Positions 35,501-46,411 of a stretch of 46,411 nucleotides of DNA are shown here, piece by piece (the stretch's first letter is position 1; each line of letters begins with the position of its first letter). The position numbers were made by a program, and so were the translations under genes. Origin of the DNA: Chromera velia. Lineage: Eukaryota. The stretch spans positions 1 to 46,411 of the forward strand of contig JAHBMJ010000487.1 in the NCBI GenBank assembly GCA_018398765.1, in the 5' to 3' direction. Under the pieces are notes generated by a model. It worked only from the letters and a program-made list of their open reading frames with translations, ran no database searches and was not told where the DNA came from.

Positions 35501-37008
35501 CAACAAGAGGACTGCTGGGGGGGGCATCGAGGAGCGGGTCATCGGGACGTCTGTACCTGCACCCGGTCCCTCAAGAAGACGATGCCATTGCAAGACAGCA
35601 GTCTCTCTGTGTGGTGGGAGGACGCACAGGCACAGGCTCTCAGTCTACTGTGCCCCCCCCTCCCCTCCCGTCTCACTCCGTTCCGTCCGACTCTGACGGT
35701 CCCTCCTCACGAAGGAGACCCGGGAGGGGAAGGGTGCCCTCCGTGAGTGGAGAAGCGACGACAGGGGTGACGACAAGAGGAAGAACCCCAGAGAACCGCA
35801 ACATTCGGTAGGCATTACTCTTTCTTTGTGTTCCTCTCTTTGCCCTGGCTCTCTTGTTTTCTAAATCTCTATCGTCATCTCTATCTCTCATTTTCTATCT
35901 GTGCATGTCTGTGTATGTATGTGTTGTCATATTCAGAACCCAATCTATCCTATGAAGTCGTAACCGAAGATCGCACGCCTTTTTTCATCAACACTCTCAC
36001 AGTTACGTCCTCAAGCTATTCTTCTTTGTTTTTGTCACGCGCTTCGTCGTGTAAGAATGCCGCCAGTCACGGGAGAATTTTGGTGGCTTTGGTCGCTGCA
36101 GGCAAACTGAAGGAGGCGCAGCGACTAGAGGATCCTCTCGGGGCGCAGTGGGGAGTGGTAGAGGTCAAGGGATAAACACACTGGTACGTCCTCTTGTCTG
36201 TCTGCCTTCTGGTCCATTTGTGCGTCTGTCTGTCTGCCATGTGTGTGTATCTCCGTCTCTGTGTGCCGATTGGTCCCTGGATTGGTAACCAAATGGGTGG
36301 GTCAGATGTCAGCCGATCGCTCACTTTGGTTTCAGACTCTCTTGTTTCTTCTTTCTTGATCTTTCTTCGTTGTTTCTTTCCCATTGAAGAAAGATCGTAT
36401 GTTGGACAGCAAAATGGAAGGGCGGGTGGTCAAGTGGAATCGACTTGACGATTTCAGATCTTCTGACGGCTTCTTCATCTCGATTGGGGGCCTTCTAGAT
36501 GCACTAAGTAGGGATCTCTTGCTTGTTTTGTTTACTTATCTGTAGTTTTTTTTTTCATTGATTGCAGGGGTCTTCTTTCTCTGGCGACACCGGAGGAGGG
36601 GGCGCTGCACTGTTCAGTGGAAGGGGGAGAGCTTCAGGCAGGAGCCTTCGGGGGGGGGCTGGTCAGACTACGAAAGGATCTCTGAAAGAAATCCCAAATT
36701 CAGGAAAGGGACAGCGTGCTTCATCGAAAGCCGATCTGGCAGCAGACGGGCCAAAAACAAACGGACATGCTGCCAGTGCTTCGAGAAGACCCCGAAATCA
36801 GCTCGTGAACGCTTCTTTGAGAAGCCCTTGTGTCTCTCTTTCTGAGAAGCCGGCTGTCTACCGATCGCGGTCTAGGTCCATGAGGGCCCGCACATCGTCT
36901 TCTTCTAGTCGGTGCGTGAGCAACTTGGCAGGCAAGAGCAGGCTGGTACCTTCGGGAGAAATGGAGAGAGATGGAGGCAGCCGGTCTTCTTCGCCATTTG
37001 CTCATTGA
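29589..37008 (+). CDS. C2HC zinc finger (x3) and PUB domain protein with a long low-complexity C-terminus, about 1380 aa, 11 exons
   Basis: Exons 29589-29844, 29945-30204, 30694-30767, 30951-31008, 31227-31274, 31873-32242, 32602-32654, 32994-33083, 33388-35807, 36102-36183, 36568-37008. C-x2-C-x11-H-x3-C fingers: CKIC..FHYKSC, CDSC..EHLSSC and CKVCKRRFGPVSLFEHERHC (split by an intron). PUB-like segment: PEAFAKCREKLGLILSNAC..QRFLRLRESNKAFHANVGRWESAVAVLELCGFE. The exon 2 donor and the last two exons are less certain. Confidence 0.8.
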
Positions 37009-38530
37009 TATAATAGTTTGGAATATGTTAACACCGTTTCTCAGCTGAAGACCGACACTTAAACGTTATCAAAGAAACTTTTAAAAGTGTGGCTTGCCAG
37101 TGAGCTGGGTCTTAAATAATGAATAATAAATTTAAAAGACTGGTTTGTTGAACTTTGTTTAAGCTATATAACTATAGAGTTATCACAATATAAAATTATA
37201 ATGTTAAATGAGTTGGATCAACGTTTATTTAGTTTAATATATAGTTTAATAATTTAAATCAGTTGCATGATGATCTTCTATAATTATCTTATTTTATGCA
37301 AAAACGTTTGCTAGAACGTTTGTGTATTGCAATTTTTAAATTTTACTAAAAATTTCAGGTTATTTTTTTTTTTAATACAAAGAATTATTCTAAATTAACA
37401 TAATTTGAATATTATTACCAATTGAATGTGAACTAAAATATGAATACTCAAGTTAAACTTAATGAAAATGCAGTGGTACTAAAAATAGTATGTAATACTA
37501 GCAAGTAGTAGCAGCAGTAGTAGTATTTACCAACCACTTCTTAGAAGATATTAAACTGAGGTCTAGGTAAGAGTAGGATTTAACCCACATCATCATATCA
37601 TCATCATATAATTTAAACTATTTTGGAAGTTGATTTATTTTAATTTATTCAAAGTTAGTGTGCAGTCTGCATGTGGTTGCCTTACGTTGAAAATTAATAG
37701 TTTTTCTTTCATGCGTTGCTTTGGGTTTCCCCCGCTGGCCAGGTTTGGCTTTCTCTAGCCATGCAAATGTTGCTATAAAGACTGAGAAAAACATAAGGGG
37801 CAACTGTGGGCGGGCTACTTCCTATGCACGCTCTGAGTGCCGGTGGCTGCTTTTTCTGCCTTCTGCTTCTCTTTCACCTTTGCCAACTCCCTGCATATGC
37901 ACAAAATAACCAGCAGAAGTTGCGGATGAGGAATGACTTGGCTGCATGGATAGATAAAAAATGGTAAAAGAGGGCTAAAGGACACAAAACGAAAACAGAC
38001 ACAGCAGAACTTTGCAGTCTGTGAATTGAATTGCTGCAGATCTAGAGGGGAAAAGGGCATCAATCAAGGAGAAAGACCAACACATTTCTTTCTTAAGCTT
38101 TGCTGTTTTGAGATCAAACGCCATGCAACGGACAAGGAGCATGCAACAACGCAAATGAAACCAAAGACACTATAAACTGCATATGCAATGGTAGGGGAAG
38201 GCTTCCTGGCTGCTTGGAGACTGACTGCTTGACGAGCGTTCGCGAGCGAGCTGAACTGGAACTCTCTGTCCCCCGCGAGGGAACCTATGCACCCCCAGGG
38301 ACGCAGTTGCGATTGCCGCCAAAGAGGTGAATTCCCACCTCGCGTTGTAATAGTGGCCGAATTCGGCCTCGAGGACCTTCAGAATGGTCCCGTCGGCCAA
38401 AGTGACCACAGCCACCACGGACTGGTGGTGCCATGGACCGAAGAGGCGGTACGGCACCACCATCAGGGTGGTCCTGGTACCCCTTGCAGGCACGTCCAAC
38501 AGTTCCTTGAGGGCCTCCACTCGAGTCCTC

Positions 38531-38841
38531 CCGCTGACTCGAAAGAGGGGAGGGGAGGGAATGGAAGGAGGGGGGGTTGGAGGCCGAATTCGGCCACTTC
38601 TACAACGCGAGGTTGGGGTTCACCTCTTTGGCGGCATCAATCCAGTTCGGCTTGCTCGTGGATAACCTCGCCCGCTTTATACAGAAGAGCCTGCAACAAC
38701 TGCTGGGAATTCGCAATGAGTTCGTGCCAAAGCAGTGCCGCCAAAGAGGTGAAATCCAACCTCGCGTTGTAGAAGTGTCCGAATTCGGCCTCCAACCCCC
38801 CCTCCTTCTATTCCCTCCCCTCCCCTCTTTCGAGTCAGCGG
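38531..38841. repeat. Long inverted repeat (foldback): 106-bp arms with 4 mismatches and a 99-bp spacer
   Basis: Arms are 38531-38636 and 38736-38841. A third partial arm copy lies at 38314-38370. Confidence 0.92.
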
Positions 38842-39272
38842 CGTCGCTGAAACACTTGGTACACCCTTTTGAAGAGTGAATTACCTGCAGGCAGGCAAGA
38901 ATATGAGAACCATCCACACACATATATAAAATGAACACAATGAGAGAAAAAGCGAAATAAGAGAAAAAAAGAAATGAGAGAATAAACGAAAAGAGAGCGT
39001 AGGAATGCGTTTGGAATCAAGAGAAAGAAAACAGAAAACCTGTTGTCGGTCGAAACATGGGCGTAAAAGAAAACGGGGTGTGAAGAGAGACGAGAAGATT
39101 TGAGCTGGTCGCGCGTGCGCAGAAGTGCACGACGCCTAGATCGCGAGAAGCCTCCATACTTCCTTGCTGTCTTTTGGTGCTTCTGTCTCTATGAAGTGTT
39201 GCAGTCTCTGACTGTATCTTTCTTGCCCACTGAATGACACAGCTCGTTTTCTTATGCTTCCTCCCCATATAA

Positions 39273-39336
39273 CCTTTCTTCAAATGAACTTCTTCAAACC
39301 AACACCTTTCTTCAAATGAACTTCTTCAAACCAACA
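39273..39336. repeat. Tandem duplication of a 32-bp unit (2 copies)
   Basis: cctttcttcaaatgaacttcttcaaaccaaca occurs twice in tandem. Confidence 0.85.
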
Positions 39337-39453
39337 AACTGACGGTAGAATCGTCTGTTGAGGTGTTCCGTCGGCGGCAGTGACCACACACACCACGGAC
39401 TGGTGGTGCCAGGGACCCAAAAGGCGGTACTGCACCACCACCAGGGTGGTGGG

Positions 39454-39543
39454 GCTGCATTGCCCAGGCCATCTGCTGCTGGTGGTGGTGGCGCTGCATC
39501 GCCCAGGCCATCTGTTGCTGGTGGTGGTGAGGCTGCATTGCCG
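39454..39543. repeat. Short tandem repeat of about 39 bp, 2+ copies (encodes MQxHHHQQQMAWA on the minus strand)
   Basis: ctgcat(t/c)gcccaggccatctg(c/t)tgctggtggtggtg is repeated. Confidence 0.8.
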
Positions 39544-39715
39544 CAGTTCTGAGTCCAGCATCCCCATGCAGAGAGATGGTCTGGGTACATACGTTCAAAT
39601 TTTAAGAAAAAAGAGTTGGTTGGCACAAAATGACGGGCTGACAGTCAGACATACAGACAAAGAGAGTTTTGTTCTACTTCGACAGAACTTAAAGATAAAG
39701 AGACACAGGGACAGC

Positions 39716-39721
39716 GAGAGA

Positions 39722-39808
<87 letters not shown>

Positions 39809-39829
39809 AGAGAGAGAAGGAGAGAGAGA

Positions 39830-39866
<37 letters not shown>

Positions 39867-39887
39867 AGAGAGAGAAGGAGAGAGAGA

Positions 39888-39924
<37 letters not shown>

Positions 39925-39945
39925 AGAGAGAGAAGGAGAGAGAGA

Positions 39946-39994
<49 letters not shown>

Positions 39995-39997
39995 AGG

Positions 39998-40040
<43 letters not shown>

Positions 40041-40098
40041 TTGAGAGAAAGAAAGAAAGAGGGAGAGAGAGAGAGAGCGTTGAGAGAAAAAGAGAGAA
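39716..40098. repeat. Long (GA)n polypurine microsatellite, about 380 bp
   Basis: Directly visible in the sequence. Confidence 0.95.
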
Positions 40099-42284
40099 AC
40101 AAACAAAACGCAAGCAGGGAAAGAGTCATGCATACTGCCTCTGTATGGCGGAGAGCGAAAGTTCATGTGTCAGTGACTGACTTCAAACAGGGACGAAGAG
40201 TAATCGCCGTCCAGGCTTCGTGGGAGAACGTGTTGCCGTCTACCATCAGAAAGTTGGGGGAACAGGAAGGAAGGAAGACCATCACAACAAACGAATGGAG
40301 TAGACGAACAAACACCGCATCATCGACAGATCAAATACAAATACACAAAACAGAACTAAACAAAATCAGTCTCTCTGTAGAAGTCAGGAAGGAAACTCAG
40401 AACGTGTTGCCGTGGTCAACCCCCATCCCCCGGCAGACAGCGCCACAGAAGTCCCAGCAGTCTGTACTGTGGCCACTACCATACACCATCGGATCCGGAG
40501 GTATACACAGATGAAGGGCTCCGGGCCCCCCTGACCCTCCCTGCACATGTCACGGAACAGAGATCGTCCGTTGAAGAAAGGTGGCGAAAGCGAAACCGAC
40601 AGAGAGATACGCACGTAGGAGAAGACACACAGCTACACAGGACGGAATTTAATGCAGCGAAAGAAAAAATTGGAGAGGAAATGAAACACCACAGGCAAGT
40701 TCACAAGAGCCGACAACAGCTGACCCAATGGACTTCCTCGCGATCCTCCCCCTTCTGTCCTTATGGGGTGGCTCGATCGGCATTTGCACCCCCTGTGCGG
40801 GGTTTTGGGATCCCCCCGAGAAGCTGAAGAGATTGAAGGCCAAGAGGCCCACCGAGGCGGAAAGAAGCTGAGGAAGGCTTTCCCTTCTCCACAAATAGAG
40901 ACGCGCGACCTGGTAATTAACAGCAGAGCGTGAAGGACCCCTAAGAAAAAGGACCTAGGAAGGACCCAAAATCAGTGCTTGATTCCCGGATTGCAGTCAA
41001 ATTTTCTGGCACACAAGCAGGCAGACAGGAGACAAATGGACCTAAATATAAAGCCAACAGCCACAGAGGCGAATTCTATAGACCAGTCTGACAACACATT
41101 TTCGTGCACCCGGACAATCAAGAGACAGCTAGGGGCAGTCTCTACCTTCGATCAAGTCGATGTACTCCAATCAAAATTCTCACTTTCCCGCGCTTCGAAG
41201 ATCTGTTTTTCTCTTGAGTCTAATCGAACAGAGACGCATGCATGCAGCAAGGCATTAAGCTCTTTGACCCTTTCGAAATACCCACCAACTGACCGGAGAG
41301 ACAGATGGATTGATCATCGAGGTATATATTTCTATCATCGATGTAGGTGCTTTCTGCATGCCGCCATGCAGCCTTGCATGCAAACTGAACAGGGATGAGG
41401 AAGAATTCGACGTTGAACCCACGAACGCACGCTTCAGAGATTCACAACACGAAGTACGCGAGGCAGAGGCAACAGTAATGCCGGTAACAGCGAATTCATG
41501 GATCATGGTCTGGCCATGCTTGAAGCAATGAACGCGAGCATGCATGGGTGTTGCTTCCCCTTCATTTACGCACCAGACATAGCCAGCTAGACCGCGTCTC
41601 TGAAGGTTCCCCTGATTCACTTTTTCAGCCCACGTTGCTGGCGTAATTTAAGAAACACGCAGATCGAGGAAGAGGTGAAAGTGCAGATCTTTTTTCTTTC
41701 AACAGAGATTAAAGGATCGAGGTCTCATGCACTCGAGGATGCCTGGGTGGATCTGCGTGGTGCAGAAAAGAAAAGAAAAAAAAAATCGCGCGAGCGCGCT
41801 TTTTGGTAGCTTTCCGGAGTCACCATGCATGCATGCACAAAAACGACTTCCCCATGCATGCACGTGCATGAAGCCGTCTACATCTTTCCAGAGTTTGACT
41901 TCAAGAGCCGGCCGTCTCCTTCGTATGGATTCTCTCTTCAACTTCCTTTCAACCACTGAAAATCCGGGCGCACATTGAGCGGGAATTTTTGATCAGGACA
42001 GTATCCTGTGTGACGGCTTTCGCCCCTTCAGTCTTGGACAGACTAGGATCCAACCATTGAACACGACAAGACTTTGCATGCATGTGTTGACTTTTCATGA
42101 AAAGGCCTGTGTAGAATCGCTGGTCGAATCCTCCGGACCCGCTGACTCGTCTTTGTGAACTGCTTGTGTTTTCGTTTTGGCTTTTGAGAACGATCGAAAG
42201 ACGTATACGAAGACTAGAAGTCCGCGGAAGTGGTGATCGGCTGATTTCGAGGTCGAGGGGGAGACGAGACGGCAAGAAGAAAAG

Positions 42285-44197
42285 ATGCTGTCAACGAGAC
42301 ACGCGCCCTCCAGGAGGGTGTGTGTCTCGTGTCTGCGCAGCCATCGGCGGTCCAACTTCACCATCGCCCGTGTTGCCTCCCAGACTGTGGTTACCCAAAA
42401 GCACCTGGACGCCCGTCAACCGCAGAGCATCAAGAGAATCAAACCCTTCCAGGGGGTGCCCCCATCCGATCTGAAGGGTCACATGTTCGATCACCTGCAG
42501 AAGGTGCACGGGAACCCCCGGAGCATACTCAAGTAGGGCTTCAACGAAGCTAGATAGAAAGGCATGAGTGGTAGAAACAAGAATACATGAGGTTCCAAAG
42601 AAGACGGAAAGACGAAAGTATGTGTAAGGGACAAGAGGGGAGAGGCTCGCCCGTCTCCTCTGCGAGCTTGTCAGACAGAAGGAAGAGACGTGGCCTCCAC
42701 NNNNNNNNNNNNNNNNNNCCCCCCCTTACTCCCTCCCCCCTTTCCTTCTCCACTCCCTTCTGTGCCCTCTCTCCTCTTTCACACGCCTAGAATAAGGCCC
42801 ATATGCGTATACGAGTAACAAAAGAGTCTTCGCCAGCAATTTGCTCGCGGCCTTCTCTCTCTTTCCCTTGATGCCTGTGCAGAGTGTACAGGGAGTATAT
42901 CAAGACGACAGACCACCCTGATCCTATTTGGCTGATTCGGTGCTTCTGTCAACTTGGGAATGTTTTTGGATTCAATTCGTTTTGGTCAGTTTTCTTTTTT
43001 TCACAGGAAGGAGGCTTTGGAACGACAATTTTGAAAGGGAGGTGGAAGAAGAGTGCAAGGTTTTGAAAGCCTAAACTCCGAGAACTAATCAGTCCGCGAG
43101 TGCATCAAAGAGGCATACACACTCACGAAGACACTTGCGCGTTTTGTGTCTCTGCTCGTCTTTTTTTGTTCCTGCATGTGCCTTCACTATGAATGCACGT
43201 TCGACTTCGCATTTCAATCGGGTCCTGTCTACTTCGTGAGACAAAACTTCTCCCGAGAACCTACCTCCTCCTCTCCTCTCCTTCTCCCAGGTCGACGAAG
43301 GACAAACAGATTCTCCAAAAAATCCCAATCTTCAAGTACCTCGTCTTTGACCTCATCGAAGTCAAGGACCAAATCCTGGTCAGTCAGTGGAGGGGGGGGG
43401 GAGAGGAGGGAAAGCCGTTGTGGCCCATGATGGGAAGGCATACGTGTGCATTCATAGAGGCAGACAAACAAAGAACCACACACAATTAGGCATAGCCGCA
43501 AAGTGACAGGTTCTTCTGTGGACCTTTCTCTCGGTGGACTTCCGAATCGCAAGACGAAAAGAATGGAGCTCGTTTGCTTCCGTTGTCCTTGTGCAACAAG
43601 GACCGAAAAGGAGATACAGGGAGGGAGGGAGGAAGGGAGGGAGGGAGGGGGGGGAAGGGAGAGACAGACGAAGTGAGTGAAAGGAGGGAGGGACGGCGAG
43701 TAGAGAGGCCGTCACTTTTTCTGTGTAGAGGGATTTGTTTGATTAGAAGGGGGGGAAACAGAAGTGAGAGATGCTTTTATGTCCTTTCCTTTCTTCCTCT
43801 CTTCCTCTCTTCATTCCTCCCTCTATTCCTTCTCCCCTCCTCCTGTTTGCAGCCTCGGCACGCACCCCGACTGCTGTACGCGATGTCCGCGCTCGAGTAC
43901 AGGTGGGGTGGGATCGTTTCTTTCCTTATTTGTTTATTTGTTTGTTTGTTTGTGCGGGCATCGCTGTCTCTCTCTGGATGTGGATGCGAAGAGCACGGAA
44001 AGACCAAGAGAGAAAAAGGGGGGCATGAGACAGGTAGTGTGTCTCTGGTGCAGAAAGGCTTTGAGTCCTTGCTCGTGGGCGTGTAAATCTGTGTGTGTTC
44101 GCGGAGTGGAAAGGGGTTGCTCGTGTTTTTCATGCATTCTTCGAAAATTGAGCTGCCTTTGCCTCCGTCCTGCCTTTCTGTTTCCCTTTGCTCCGGC

Positions 44198-44285
<88 letters not shown>

Positions 44286-46391
44286 TGTGGGTGTCTGTGT
44301 GTGTGTCTTTGTGTGTTCATGTGCAGAAGTCGACACCTTCTTCCAACAGTTCTTGGCGTCATTGAGAACAGTCTCGGGAGGTCAGTCCTGCAATCATAAG
44401 GGTAATCTTTGGGCTAAGTTTCGTGTTTTCCAAAAGCAGAAGCATGCAGAGAGAGGAAGGGCACACGCATGCAGAGAGAGGTGAGGAATGAAATCTCAGC
44501 AGACGTTGAATCGTCAAAGCATTTGTGTGTGTGTGTGTGTGTGTGTGTGTCTGTTGCGTGTGTGTCTGTTGTGTGTCTGTGTATGTGTGTGTATGTGTGT
44601 ATGTGTGTGTGTATGTGTGTGTGTGTCTGTGTATGTGTGTGTGTATGTGTGTGTATGCAATCATCAAGCATCAAACATTTCTATATATGCAAAGACAGAC
44701 AGAACAAAGCAACAAGAGGACCACCATAGAGTCCTGACGCATGCACCGCGACAGAGCGCAGAAGATGAAATGTTTTCTTCTCTTTTCTTCACTCCAAAAC
44801 CTTCCCTCCTTGTACTTCTTTCTCACGCACTGACAGAGGGAGAACCAGACTTCTTTTTCAACAAATGACTCGCTTATTCATCCATTCCATCCGTCATCCC
44901 TTTGCAGTTACCGCCTTGCGACTCTGGCTCACGTTGCTGCCTGCCTTGCTCACCTGGGGGTGGGGGGGGAGGATTCCGACGAGGCAAACTCCTTCGATGA
45001 CTCGAAGAAAGGGGAAACGGCGTCTGTCTCCTCGAAGGGGGAGTCCTCTCGTCGGTCTTGCCGGGGTCTTGTGGGTCGAATCATGAGAGAGGTCAGCAAG
45101 AAAATGCGGGAGGTCGGAATTCACTGTATACCTTGTTCCGTCTGTGAAGGTAGGAGAATGATACAGGCTGTAGGGCTACTTTTGTTTTTGGTTGAATGGC
45201 AAAAAGAAGTGCAAAAGCCTATTGTTTAGACGAGTAGAGGTCAAGGAAGGTGAGGTGAATTTGGGGCAATGCAAATAGAGGCCTTGGCCCGGATTGCCCT
45301 CCCAAATGCATGCATGCATATAAGCGGATGGATGTCTACATCGGATTTCTTGAGCTTCCCTATTTCTCCCAAACACACAGTTTCATGTGAAGGGATGCAG
45401 GTTCAGAAGCGGTACACAGGCACTCAGATGATCTCTAGGGATGGCGACCTTCTCGGCGACTTTGTGCAAGAGGACGAGGAGGCAACCCCTTTCTGTTGGG
45501 CAGCACTGGCACACTCGCTGGTGGTCTTCAATATGTATGACTGGTCAGGCAGACAGGGACTCAGCTGGCCATCCAAGTTTTCAACGAAAGGTGTTTATGA
45601 CGTGAAGAAATGGAAAAGAGAAAGTTCGGTCGTTTGAGTCATTCACGTCTTCGTTGCAAGCTGACTGCTGTCGCTCACACTTTTGTGTTTCGTTCTGTTC
45701 TCTGTAAGCCGTCCTCCTGAAAACTTAAGGAACCGAAAGTGAAATGCAGACACGCGCGAGTGAGCAAGCCACATGCATGTATTCGGAAAGGAGTTTGTAC
45801 ATCTGCCATGCCCTGCAGGTCCTCCTCCGAAAATGCCCCCCGTCTCCTGCCCGTGTTGCTGAGGAGAGCGTGTGAGGCTGTGGAGTCTGTAGAGGATCTG
45901 GACAATGCGGGATGGGTGCAGTACTATCTGTACCTGTCGCTCTACTGTGCGGGTCGGTGGGTGGGGAGTGCAAGGTCGAGTTAGTTGTCTGATGCCTCTC
46001 TGCATTTGGTCTCTCAAGTTTGTTGGTTTGTTTTCTCATTTTGTGAATTGGGCTGGACACTTGCATGGACACTTATAGTCAGCAGATCGCCGTGCGTGTG
46101 CGTGCGTGCGTGTGTGTGTGCCTGTCAGCCTTTCTTCGCCGTCTCATCTTTCTCTTTGTCTCTGAGCTGTTGTACCTCCCCTCTAGCGCTTCTCTCTGTC
46201 GCTTTCTTATCATCTTCTTTCTTTTCCGCCTCCTGTGACGTTCTATTTGTATCAGTGAGTAAGTGAGTGAGTGAGTGAGAGAGAGAGAGTGAGTGAGTGA
46301 GTGAGATTTGAGTGAGTGAGTGAGTGAGTGAGTGAGTGAGTGAGTGAGTGCAGATGTGGAGAAGCCAGGGTCCGAAGAGCTGATCAAACGG
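42285..46391 (+). CDS. Multi-exon protein with a predicted mitochondrial presequence and short helical repeats (RAP/HPR-like candidate); continues past the window end
   Basis: Phase-consistent exons 42285-42532, 43291-43378, 43853-43902, 44327-44380, 44908-45091 (or 45112), 45401-45543, 45819-45952, 46354-46391. The N-terminus MLSTRHAPSRRVCVSCLRSHRRSNF is Arg/Ser-rich with no acidic residues. Helical units: PRHAPRLLYAMSALEYR, LATLAHVAACLAHLGV, PFCWAALAHSLVVFNMY. The gene model is well supported; the family assignment is inference. Confidence 0.65.
44197..44315. repeat. (CT)n-(GT)n intronic microsatellite
   Basis: Directly visible. A further (GT)n/(GTAT)n tract lies at 44524-44657. Confidence 0.95.
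46254..46350 (+). repeat. (GTGA)n microsatellite directly upstream of a splice acceptor
   Basis: Directly visible. It ends ...gagtgcag, and the exon starts at 46354. Confidence 0.9.
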
Positions 46392-46411
46392 GTAGGCAGA
46401 CGGGGGGGGGG

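Noticed and set aside
39380..40180. ORFs of ER/SL dipeptide repeats, and similar HT/CV/HSFI ORFs at 17.2, 23.3, 27.9 and 44.4 kb
   Set aside because: They are translations of microsatellites with no evidence of coding.
40400..40500. DCWDFC peptide as a papain-like/NlpC-P60 catalytic motif paired with HHQSVV
   Set aside because: The fragments cannot be joined in a consistent frame and the similarity is too short to support the call.
40640..42100. Possible minus-strand gene divergent from the last gene
   Set aside because: There are scattered splice-like signals and short ORFs, but no phase-consistent model or recognisable domain.

Overview
Intron-rich eukaryotic genomic DNA. GT-AG introns often start GTCAGT or GTGAGT, (GA)n/(CA)n/(GACT)n microsatellites and TGCATG motifs are abundant, and GC-rich genes are separated by sharply bounded AT-rich islands. 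This style suggests an alveolate such as a Chromera-like chromerid (inference only). Splicing exons by hand gives four genes with consistent reading-frame phases: (1) a very large STRIP/Far11 (STRIPAK) homologue on the minus strand, at least 14 exons and about 3050 aa or more; (2) head-to-head with it, a calpain-fold protein lacking all three catalytic residues and carrying 27-aa Pro/Ala/Glu/Lys repeats; (3) a protein with three C2HC zinc fingers and a PUB domain; (4) a 3'-truncated, probably mitochondrion-targeted helical-repeat (RAP/HPR-like) protein. Between them lie a decayed tandem-duplicated protein kinase pseudogene, a 204-bp MITE with an 8-bp TSD, two copies of a structured GC-rich element, and a 106-bp-arm foldback. 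Most of the short ORFs in the supplied track are antisense or microsatellite artefacts. Family assignments rest on motifs I recognised by eye; no database search was run.
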